From: Selaginella moellendorffii
Lineage: Eukaryota > Plantae > Lycopodiophyta
Direction of reading: 5' to 3'
DNA length: 64,000 bases
Assembly: GCF_000143415.4 (NCBI RefSeq)
Contig: NW_003314291.1
Location: 1,592,517 to 1,656,516 of the forward strand
Shown here: positions 36,728 through 47,566 of the stretch, in pieces
Layout of the letters: the number at the start of each line of letters is the position of its first letter
Numbering within the stretch: the first letter of the stretch is position 1
Notes under the pieces: model-generated
Databases searched by the model: none
Told to the model about the DNA's origin: nothing
What the model saw: only the letters and a program-made list of their open reading frames with translations
Made by a program: the position numbers and the translations under genes

Positions 36728-39700
36728 TCACCGGATGAAGCATTTGAAATGAGAGTGATTGTGAGCGTGTGGGAGCTCACATCCCTTAGCATCAACTAGC
36801 ACGTATGCTCCACCTCCAATGTGTCGCTGGACAAAGTAGGGGCCGGTCCAGCGAGGGGAGAATTTCAAAGGTGGCGTGAACTCCTTGAGTAGAACGAGAT
36901 CGCCATCCTTGAATGGTTCGGCAGACTGCTGGTGATCGATGACTGACTTAATCTTCTGCTTGCCTCGAAGGAGATGTTCAGTCATGGATTGTCGCTGTTC
37001 TTCCAAGGCAAGAACCTCCAAGTTACGTGCATGAAGCTTGTCCTCATCGCTAAGCTGCATCGCTGCTGCGTATTGAAGTGAAAGTGAGAGTGATGGCACC
37101 TGGATCTCCACTGGGAGCACGGCCTCTGTCCCATAGACAAGGGAGAATGGGGTCGCAGAGATGGATGTCTTGAAGGACGTCCGAAAGGCCCACAACGCCG
37201 TAACCAAGTGCTTGTGCCAACGCCTTGGGTGATCCTCCACAAGCTTTGAGATGACTGTCTTTAATATTTTGTTGCTGGACTCTGCCTGGCCATTGCACTC
37301 CGGATAATAGCTGCTGCTTTTCACATGCTTGACCTGCAGTTGCTGGAGAAGATGCTGCATCACCTGTCCAAGGAAGCCGCTGCCACGATCGGAAACCAAA
37401 ACAGCAGGAACTCCAAATCGGCAAATGATGTACTCGTAGACAAACTTTGCTGTAGACTGCTGATCTGCCTGTCGCAAAGGGGTGGCCTTGACCCATTTTG
37501 TGAAATAGTCCGTCGCCACGATGATGTATCGCTGTCCTTTTGAGCTCGGTGGGTTGATCGGGCCAACGAAGTCAAGTCCCCACTGGAAAAAGGGACCTGG
37601 AGAAGTGATGAGCTGAAAAGGAAGACGTGGAACATGGCTCCGGGGGTTGAACCGTTGGCACTGCTCACATGCCTTGGCATAGGCCAAGCTGTCCTGGTGA
37701 ATCCGAGGCCAAAAGTAGCCATGGCGCAAGAGGAGTTGTGCTGTAACCCGTCCCGAGAAATGCCCCGCACAAGAGTGGAAAGCGCGAAGGAGCTCAGGGA
37801 CCTCGTGTTCCCCCACACACCGCAACAAAACTTCCTGAGAAGTCCTCCTGTAAAGGTGTCCATCAAGAAGGCAAAACCCCCGTGCTCGGATTTCCAACGC
37901 CTTTTGTTGTATTGGTGAGGAATTTGCTGGGAATTGACCTGAATCCAGGTACACCGCAACATCCTGTAATGCTGCTGGGAGAGCTGCTGGGACCACAAAG
38001 GAGGTAGCTTCAGCAACCAGGAACTCGCTTGGATCCATCACACGCTTCCGCCACATGTGAAAAGTTGGTTGGAACTCTTGGATGGTCACAATCCAAGATA
38101 AAGTACGAGGACTATGAACCGGTCGCTGTAAAAGAAAGGTTAGCACATTAAAATAGACATGGAAATGGATACGGGCTCCAGCGAGAAAGTGACGAAATCG
38201 CTCCAAGGTGTAAACAACAGCCACTGCTTCTTTTTCCGCATCCACATATTTCTTTTCAGTCTCCTTGAACGAATGTGAGGCATAATATGTTGCATGTGGT
38301 GGCTTGCCAAGCTGTGAACATTGGCAAAGGCATACTCCAAAAGCCTTTGTACCCGTTGTGATGTAAATGTCAAAAGGAAGTTGTCGTTCTGGTGGTTGGA
38401 GTACCGGGGCCGTGCGGAGTGACTGCTGTAGTGATTCAAAGGCTTGTTTTTGGGACTCACCCCAGATAAATGGAACACTGTGTTGTAGCAAAGCTACCAG
38501 AGGCCATGAACGTGCAGCATAGTTGTGGATGAAACGGCGAAAGAAACCCATTTGCCCAAGGAAACTGCAAAGCTGCTTCAAGTTGGTTGGTGGGTTCCGA
38601 TCTAGAATCTCCTGAGCCTTGGCTACCTGGGGTTTGATCCCATCCTGAGAGACATCAAAGCCCAGTAACCGGCCTTTGGTTACCCCGAATTTACACTTTG
38701 CCGGGTTCAATGAAAACCTGTGGTGTCAGCAGCGAGTGAAAATCTGTTCCAAGTGCATGAGGTGATCCTCAAAGGAGTCCGAGGTCGTGCACAGATCATC
38801 CATATACACCCTCAAGGCACCTCCAATCAAGTCGTGAAAGGCATGGGTCATAAAGCGCTGAAAAGTAGCTCTGGCATTACACAAGCCAAATGGGAGGACA
38901 TTGAAAGCAAAGACGCCCCAAGGTGTCCGGAAGGCCGTAAGATCTGGATGAATGAAGATCTGGTTATACCCTGAAAAGCCATCCATGAAAGAGTAGTATC
39001 GGTGGCCAGCCATCTCATCCACAATCGCATCGATAAACGGAGTTGGAAAGTGATCTTTATCAGTTGCCTTGTTCAAGTCTTGAAAATCAATGCAGAGGCG
39101 GAGTTTTCCATTTGCCTTGCGTGCAGGGACGAGATTGGCCACCCACTCTGAGCTCTCCAAAGGGTAAATAAAGCCGGCTGCCAGAAGTCGCTCGATCTCC
39201 AACTTCATCTCTGAGTGAGCTGCCCGGCTGAAATGCCGCATTTCTTGACAGACTGGTTTGGCTGACTCTGAAAGCACGATACTGTGCATGATTGTGTCCA
39301 TGGGAACTCCTGGGAGCTGGCTGTAGTCCCAAGCAAACACGTCCTTGAAACAGTGAAGGAGATCCAAGAGCTTTGCTGCATTTGTTGGAGCAAGCGATGT
39401 GGCGATAAAGACTAGGTCCTTGTCATCACCTAGAAAAACGGCATGAACCCTGGAGTCTGGAGAAACCTTGGTTTCAGGAGGCTCTATCTTTGATTCTTCC
39501 CTGACCCTGGAAACCGAAGAGCAGGGAGTGCCTTTAGCTTCTCGCATCGTGGTGATTGCTTGGTGTGATAACCTGTCTGCCCAAAATTTTTCTTCACGGG
39601 GGACACTTTGAAAAGACACCTCAGAGAACTCATCCTTCAGGTTGACCGCCCGCTGCCATAGCTCTTTCAGGTTCTCTTTGCGGACTTGGTATTCCCCAGT

Positions 39701-41527
39701 AAGTTGGCATATGATGAGTTGCGCATCTCCAACGAAATGGACTCACCTAAATTTGAGATCTGTGGCCAGCTTCATGGCACTGATGGCCGCCAAGTACTCT
39801 GCTTCATTAGCTGATGTTGCTGGCAAAGTGATAGAGAGGTCGGCTACTTTGTTCTCTGCAGGATCAATCATCCAAACTCCAATGCCGGCAGCCTGGTTTT
39901 TGGGGCAGAAAGCACCGTCAAAATAAGCTGTAATCATAGGAGTGTCCTCTTCCTCAAATAAAGATGTTGGGGACACCACATCCAGCAAGACTGTCTCTGG
40001 TGAGTCTAATAAGAACGTTGTTGTTGGATCCAGAGTCTTTGTTTGTTGTTCTCTTTGCTTCTGATGCTCTGAGCGCTCGATGTCCAATGCAAGGACTGCA
40101 GCCAGGTACTCCGCAAGCGAAGGGAGATCCTCCACCAAAGTCCAGTCGAAGTCTGGTGCTAAAGTTTCAGTGTAATACCCTTGGATCTGTACCGGGGGCT
40201 CCACAATAGGAAATTCAGAACTCAAAGAGCTATAACTCGCATGCAGCACGTCCGATTTGCTTGATTCTTCCTGCCAATTGTGTGACTGGATGTCATCTTC
40301 TGTCTCCAAAAAACAGCATGACAAAATATGCTCGAAGTCGTCAGCTACCGTGATTTTAGTAGGAAAATGCTGGCTGTGTAACACCTCAAAGAGTTGCTGA
40401 GGAGAATTGAGTTCAGCTATGTCCTGTGAAAGATGGGCTTGGTCTGGGGTGACTGTGTCATCAAGATCCATAAGAGAAAGTTGGTCCCATGCAAGAAACG
40501 AATCAAGGAGCCCTTCCTCTATCAAGAAACACTCTAAAAAGCTAGATATGGGGGCCTGTACCCTATAAGCCCCACCCTCAAATAAAGAGGGCCTGTCTAG
40601 AGGCTCGGCCTTACTCTCAAATAAAGAGAGTGAAGCTGAGAGATGACTCGGGCTACCTGACTCACCTCCAACTGCATCAATCGCATTGCATGAAAAAGCT
40701 TCCGCCATATAGATGGTTGACGCCCCTGCCAACTCAGGAAAAACCTCTGTGAGCTCGGGAGGAAAGTATGGTGTGGAGGCCATCTTAGTCCGAGCTTGTT
40801 GGGCTTGCTGAGAAAGAACTCTGCCGTGGTTGTTGAGAAAGGTGGCGCTATGGGTTCCATCGCTAATTTCCAACTTGCCTTGTGCACTATCAATGGTGCA
40901 ATGGGCTGTGACTTGCCATGAGTGGCCAAGGATGATAGAGTCCTTCAAAGAGGACGTTCCAAGACGTTGGTAGTCAACCACGAGGAAATCCACCTCAGAA
41001 ATAACACCTTGCACAGAGACCTTGACACCACAGCAAATTCCTGCTGGAGGAACGGTATGGTTGGCGAAGGTTTTGAGCACGATGGAGGAGCTCTCAGTGA
41101 TCTGTAGCTGTGCTGAAAGGGCAGCTTCGAGAGAGATAATGTTGCTTCCAGAACCGGAGTCAACCAAAGCATCCATCCTACAAGAGGAAGTACCAATCTG
41201 CACCGGGACGAAGAACAGACCAGGATCTCCTCCATATCTTGTCATATCGACAATGTGCACCTCTTGAGAAGTCCTCTTGAGAGTGCTCTCTGGTGGTCCT
41301 GACCGTGCAAACTCCTCCAAATGCTGGCCAAATCCCAGGATAAGACACAACATGTCTCGGAGCGAAAAGGTGACGGGAGTGTCAACCAGCTGTTGAAGAA
41401 CTGGCTCCGGAACAGGAGTATCTGCTGGTGAGATCTCAGGAGGAGAAGAGAGGAGTGACTTGAAGGGGAGTTTACAAGCCACCCTTTGTGTCACTGGGCC
41501 TGATGCCAACGGAGAGTCGCTCTCCAC
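36728..41527 (-). pseudogene. pol: pol: protease, long spacer, additional archaeal-type RNase H, RT, RNase H, integrase
   Basis: LVDSGSG; YFDGAF...NEAEYLA...GDAQLI...ADRLS; MDGFSGYNQ...YMDDL; WGLDFVGP...SDRG...NGQAESSNK. One stop at 39743 and a frameshift near 38715. Confidence 0.92.
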
Positions 41528-41575
41528 TGGCGCTGGGGGATCTATGGTAGGCTGAGTGGCTACCTTCTTCTTTGC

Positions 41576-42868
41576 TTAGGCTCGAGTGGCTGCGGTTTGC
41601 TGTTGTTGCCTATAAAGTTCCTCGGCTACCAAAATCGTGTTGACCGATGAGACTGGTGCCTTGCCTTTGCTTGACGAAGGGGCTGCCTCAATTGCTTGTC
41701 GCTCCAACTGCTCCTGATATGTCTCTGGACCTTGAGGCTGTGTGGAGTTATCAGCAAAGGGATGTTGTTGGACACGTTGAGAAGATGGAGGCCGAAGCTC
41801 TGGGTGAAGCTTGAAGCAGCGCTGTGTGTTGTGTGTGTTTGTCTCGCAGTGAGTGCACCAACGGGACTTAAATCTGCGTTCCCGAGCTGTAGCGGCCTCT
41901 TTCCTGGACTCCACCAGCTCCTGGAGTAGTTTGTCATGGTGTGATTGCTGTGGAAGAATGATCTCCTTTAGCTGCCGCATCTCATTGGCAAAGTTCTCAA
42001 GAGCCGGAGGTGTATGCTCAATAGCGACAGGCTTTGATGTGGACGGGCGAATAGCGGCACAAGGTGACTCTGACGGGATGATGGCTTGGTCAAAATCAAC
42101 TCTGGCAATCCCCAAGTCAACCAGAAGCTCTCTTTCCAGCTTTGTGGCAAATGAAAATGCCTCACGGCAAGAGCTGAACGTCTTCTTAAGAAGTTTCCGC
42201 TGCAAGTTCCCACGCAGACCTGCTGTGAATGCTGTGATCCCCTGTTGCTCATCTTGGACTACTCTGCGATCCCAACACTGCTTCCAGTAAGCTTGAAAGC
42301 ATGTGATGTAGTCAGGAATAGTCTCGTGAGCACCCTGTCGGAACGAAAAAAGGTCAACAAGTAGCCGATTTGTGGGTTTTTCTTCAACGAAGCGTTCTCT
42401 GAAAGAAGCAAGTAGTGTCTGGAAGTCTGTCCGGTCCTCTGGGAGGAGAGAATCTACCCAAGTTGCTGCTTTGCCTTCGAGAGACTGCAGGAAGTTGCGG
42501 CACATATGATCATCGTCGACGATCATGTTTGTGGTGCAGTAGTAATCAAAGCGACTAATATGCAATGTTGGAGAGACTGTTCCAACACCTGAAAAGACCG
42601 GCAGATCACTCCCCTTCTGCAGAACATGGAGCTGAGGTCGAGCTAAGGGTGGCTGCGCCATAGCTCGTAGATCTAAGTCACTGGAATCTGTCAAGGAGGA
42701 AGAGGACTCAGCCCGAGAAGGTGCAGTGTCGTACCTAAGCTGCCTTTGGATGTTGGAAAGTTTACTCCGTACCTTAGGGCCTTGAGGTATGATGAAAGGG
42801 TGCCAATTCGTCGTACGTCTAGTTTGTACCGGCATCAAATACCCTGAACACTGCAAATGCCCGGTCAA
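41576..42868 (-). CDS. gag: gag of the Tat element
   Basis: FLQSLEGKAATW, FRQGAHETIPDY and the knuckle CTHCETNTHNTQRC. In frame with pol across one TAA. Confidence 0.85.
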   Translation of the reverse strand: MTGHLQCSGYLMPVQTRRTTNWHPFIIPQGPKVRSKLSNIQRQLRYDTAPSRAESSSSLTDSSDLDLRAMAQPPLARPQLHVLQKGSDLPVFSGVGTVSPTLHISRFDYYCTTNMIVDDDHMCRNFLQSLEGKAATWVDSLLPEDRTDFQTLLASFRERFVEEKPTNRLLVDLFSFRQGAHETIPDYITCFQAYWKQCWDRRVVQDEQQGITAFTAGLRGNLQRKLLKKTFSSCREAFSFATKLERELLVDLGIARVDFDQAIIPSESPCAAIRPSTSKPVAIEHTPPALENFANEMRQLKEIILPQQSHHDKLLQELVESRKEAATARERRFKSRWCTHCETNTHNTQRCFKLHPELRPPSSQRVQQHPFADNSTQPQGPETYQEQLERQAIEAAPSSSKGKAPVSSVNTILVAEELYRQQQQTAATRA

Positions 42869-43977
42869 GGCAACTGGGTTGACAGGAGCAAGAAGACTGT
42901 AGGCTAGTGCTGAAGTTGCTCAAAATGCCTTTGACCCGACTGCCGAAGTAGCCACTGGAGTAGCCGCTGGAGGAGCCACTAGAGTAGCCGCTGGAGTAGC
43001 CACTGGAGTAGCCGGTAGCCGGTAACCGGGGTAGTCGCTGGAGCAGCCACTGGAGTAGCCGCGGGAGTAGTCGGTAGCCGATAACCGAGGACCTGTGACC
43101 TGTAACCGGTAACCCCTACTCTCGCTCCTACTCCTGCGCTTGCTCCAACACCAACTCCTATCCCTGTGCCTATTCCTATTGTCCCTGTTTCTACGCCAAC
43201 TCTTGTTCCTGCTCCTCCTGTTCCTGTTCCTACGGTTACCTGTTCCTTGAAGATTGCTTCGTTCCCAAGGAACCCCCAACGAAGTTTAACCCAAAAGAGA
43301 AAAATGAGTCCTCTAGTCTCGATCCTTCTCCATTTTGATTGCTGGTGGGCTCGTTGGAAAGAGCTCAGCCCCTTCTACCTTATATCGCAAGAATTTGGGA
43401 AGAAACTGCCTCAATATTCCCTGAAATCCGCGAAGAGGTAGCCCAAAACGCCAACATTATGGAAAAACATGTGCATGTCCATGATGTAGATGGACACTAA
43501 GGCGCTGTTGGTACTTCTCGAAAGCCTAGGACTAGGAGCACCTCTAGAAATAAATGGCATCCAAAACCAAGCCTGGAGGAGCATGAATTCCTACCACAAA
43601 GATAACCCAATCTAGCCGGAGAAGAAAATCCTTTTGCATGCCGTCAATTCTCCCAAATCTAGTGCCAAGAACTACCACTACTCATAGATCTAGGCCAGAT
43701 CTACAAGCCCAAATGCACTACCTTGAGAAATTCGGCCGAGGATCCAAGCGAGAAAGTGAAAACCCCAAAATGCTCATCCAACCGAGCCAAGAAACGTTGT
43801 ATCTCTTCAAATACTGCACGGCTTGATGAGCGCCATACCTTGCTGGAAAGAGGAGCTCCAGACCTATCCAACACACTCAAGATCAAAGAAAACCACCGCA
43901 AAATGAACAAGGAATTCCTTCCCAAACTCTGCGGCCAAATGAAAAGAGAGAAATGACGCTTTAGAAAGTCCTACGTG

Positions 43978-43994
43978 TCATGCCGGGTTCACCA
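43978..43994 (-). promoter_or_regulatory. Primer-binding site, probably tRNA-Trp
   Basis: Minus strand TGGTGAACCCGGCATGA resembles the complement of the plant tRNA-Trp 3' end (TGGTGAACCCGACGTGA), as recalled. Confidence 0.7.
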
Positions 43995-46900
43995 TTTGTT
44001 GGGGGAAGGAGGGGCGCCTCCCCCAACGCTCGCTCAAACACGAGAAATGCTTCACTGCTCTTTGCAAAAATGCCCCCCCTTGCCCTTGTGAGGCAAGGGT
44101 TTTATACAAGGAAGATGGGGAATATTCTGAGGACCAGAATATTCCCTCTCTCTCTCTCACTCTCTCGGTGGCCACGCCCTAACAGTGTGGCTCAACGGAA
44201 ACTCGCTCTAAGCCCACAGCTAGAGCACCCACAGGCGGAAGGCGGGGAGAGTACCCACGAGGCTTGCGTAAGGCCACGGTGTTCTGAAATGTTGCCCCAA
44301 GGTCCCAGACTGTGAAAAGGAAGAAGAGCTATCCTATAGTTTAGAGACCAAGGATACGGTTATGTGAAGAGGAAGTCCCAGAAGACCGTGGGACTTAGTG
44401 GTTGGGCCAGTGGGCCTTGATCCAGTGGCAGTGTTGGCGAACACTGCTATGGGCAGAAACGGATTTGGTGGGGACCAGAAAGGGGATATTGGGGAAGGCT
44501 ATTCCCCATGTCTATGGGCATCCTAAGGATGCTAAGGAGTGGATCTAGGATGATCACTCATGGACGGATGGCCCAGTCTTTGAGAGACGGGATTGTGATA
44601 TAGGTGGTGTTAGACCACCGGTGTGACCAAGGTGAATGAGCATGGCCTTAGCATAATGGGCCGATATGTCGGTGGTACCTTGGGGTGTCGGTCATGGGAT
44701 CAGACACGTGGAGCACTTGGACCAAGTGCAAAGGTTGAGTGGCGGGGATGCCATTCTCGGGGCTAACAAGCCCAAGTCCAAAATAGGACTTATGGAGGTT
44801 GTGAGTGAGACTGCTCCAAGTGGTCGGAGGTGTGGTTAAGTGACTAAAGTAGAATGGAAATATTAGTCGCTTACAACTTGGTATCGGAGTTGTTCCTTAA
44901 TCTGACTTTTATTAGTGCTCAAATATATCACCATTGATATTGGCATCGAAAGGTCCTAGAAGTGGGCTTATCCTTGAGGAGTAGCATGTCTAGAGGACAT
45001 GGCTCTCCACTCAAGTTCATGTGTGAACTTGGGCACGATGTGGTGGATAGAAAAGGGGCCAGTAAGGGAACAACTTTGGGATCTTGGGAACAATATAAAG
45101 GTTTCCTCAGAGAGTTGAAAATGTGATCTAGATGAGTGTTTGATGTAGCCAACTGGCTAATGTAGTTGTGGTAAACAACTACAGTTGGGATCATGAGAAA
45201 GATAGAGACTCCAAAGCAATAAAGGAGTCACAAGATTATCCTCATATAGTTGAGGTTGGTGCTTATGAATGTGAGACCAGAAGTAATGACCGCGGGAGGT
45301 CAAATACGGAAAAGGACACAAGTCTTTGAAATGGTAGCCGGAGCTACCTCTAATAAATGCTGGAACAACCCAAGGAGTTGGGGGTGTACTCAGAGGATGA
45401 GTTAGTATTCTCATCACATGGACAAATGGTCATAAGGGGCAAAAGGTTGCCCCAAGAGAACAAATCAAATGTCGGAGTAACACTTGCAAAGATGGTCCTT
45501 GTGAGTAGGACTTGAATACAAGAAGTTGTATTCCAGTGAGTTGGCACTTCAAAGGTAGGACCTCATGGGTCGTCGGATGACAAAGTCCAAAAAGCTGGAT
45601 GACTCAAGTAGAGTCAAGGAATAATCCTAAAGGATTGATGGAAGCATTTGGACTGAGGTGTGTTGTACCCCACGAAAGGATGGGGGGGATCATAGAATCC
45701 AAGGATGAGAATAGAGGGTATCTCATCAATGGCAGAATATGCCATGCTAGAATCTTGGAAAAGGTGTTCCCCAAAAAGAAAGCAATTTTGGCATAGAGTT
45801 GTGTATGAACACTATAGTGCAGTGCTAACTGATAGTTAGCATGAAAAATGACTACTTTGGTCTTGGCAAAGACCTATACACAAATAAGAAGTGTCATAGA
45901 GGTAGGATAGTGGAGCCGTTGGTGTGGAAACACCAAATGTGCCAAAATGAGATACCTTGAAGTTATGTTGATGGGTTCATGGGAACCCCTTGCCAAGGGA
46001 ATGGCATATCCTAAGTTGGAAAGCATGTGGTTAGAGTGTGGTGACCCAGATAATGATGGAGGTGTGGAAGCACCAAGCAATGAGTTGTAGGACTTGACAA
46101 CTATGGGGCAACTAAGCGAGAGGTGCAAGATAATTGGTTAAACGGGTAGAAGGTAGCTACCCAAGACTTCTTAATGGCATAAGGAAGTTAGATATACCCT
46201 TACGGGGGATAAATTGTTTATGTTGCGATATAGGGAGTCAATGTCAAAGAAGGAAATGCTCATTATCAAGGAGACCATCATTGGGACACCCAAACACTCT
46301 GGAACACCAGGAGGTAATGTTTAGTGTCGCAAGGGCAATAGATAAGGCCCAAGGGACTAAGTCCCTAGCAAATGATGGATAGGAGATGCCATCCAAACGT
46401 CCAAGGTTGTAGAGACAGGAGGAATCCATCTACCCGATTTGGACAAAGCCAAAAATGGGATTTTGGCAAGGCTAGTGATGGGCATATGGAGCCCATAAGT
46501 AGCAATGGTAATCCCGGAGTGTGGGATTATAAGGCGAGCATGCCCAAATTGAGGAACCACTCCCTAAGCTATCGGGTAGGTTCATCCCTATGAATACTTG
46601 CTAAGGCATGGTAAAATGTGCAAAGCTATCCTCCTAGTCTGGAGGAGAATAACTAAAGGAAACATATGAGGCCAAAAGGCAAGTAGTATTGGGATGGAAC
46701 TGAACCATAGAAATTGAAAGGCATAACCAATGGTGGTTATACAAGTTGGGAGTGGAGAATCAAGAGGGTGCTCGAGGATGTTGTTACTAGCAACCGCGAT
46801 GCCATGGAGAATCTAAAATGTGGAATTATCCATGTTAGACTATATCGTGAGTAGGGAGCTTGCAAAAGAGAAGCCTTAGCAAGCTAAGGAACAGAGTTCC

Positions 46901-47566
46901 TTGAAGGTTCCCAAAGACAATTCTAGGTAAATAAGTACCTACCTAGAGCATGCGAAATCAGAGTGGCGCAGCAGAAGCGTGGTCTTGAAGCTGGCTATGA
47001 GGCGAGGCTATCAAGGTTGGGGAAGTAGTTCCCGAGTGTTCAAAAAGAGGGCTTTGAACAAAAGTCGATGGGTAAGGATTTTCATGCTTATGCATGAACT
47101 ATGTTACGGTGGCCGGATGACTTACTAACCGAGATTGGTGAGTCAGGGGAACAAATCCCCTAGTTGAAGGTGCTAACTTCAAAAGGGGTGGCCCATAAGG
47201 CCGAGCATGGAGGAGTCCATGCATGATCACAGACTTGTCAAGCGAGAGGACTTGGCAGTGCGGAGAAACTAGGTTCCTAAGCTGTGATCTATAGCGCTCT
47301 TTAAGTATAAGTTGGTGCACCGGCGTGGGGAGTCATGCTAGGCATCTTGTGCAATGCCATCCATAGATGCATATACGGAGGTTGGGTTTGAGTCCCAACC
47401 TTCTAGTGCTTGGGTTCGAGTCCTAAGTCACTAGGGCGTGATGTTGGTTTGGAATATGAGGACACTCATTTTTCGATGGTCATGGACTCTCAGTGAGGAG
47501 ACTGGTTTAGGCACACCGCCAAGCGAGGGATGCCTCGGTGTTGTGATGCACGGTTAGATTGCTTAG

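Larger units (their letters stand above)
35178..44184 (-). mobile_element. Tat-lineage Ty3/Gypsy element with domain order GAG-PR-aRH-RT-RH-INT
   Basis: The 188-bp LTRs (35178-35365, 43997-44184) show four visible C/T differences. TSD is 4 bp (GTGT). PBS at 43978-43994. Confidence 0.92.
34196..47566 (+). mobile_element. Family A element: 5' LTR (34196-44875, interrupted twice) plus truncated interior
   Basis: The LTR resumes at 44189 after the Tat insertion and ends GTCGCTTACA at 44875. PBS TGGTATCGGAG at 44879. The interior is homologous to 4700-7437 reversed. Confidence 0.88.
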
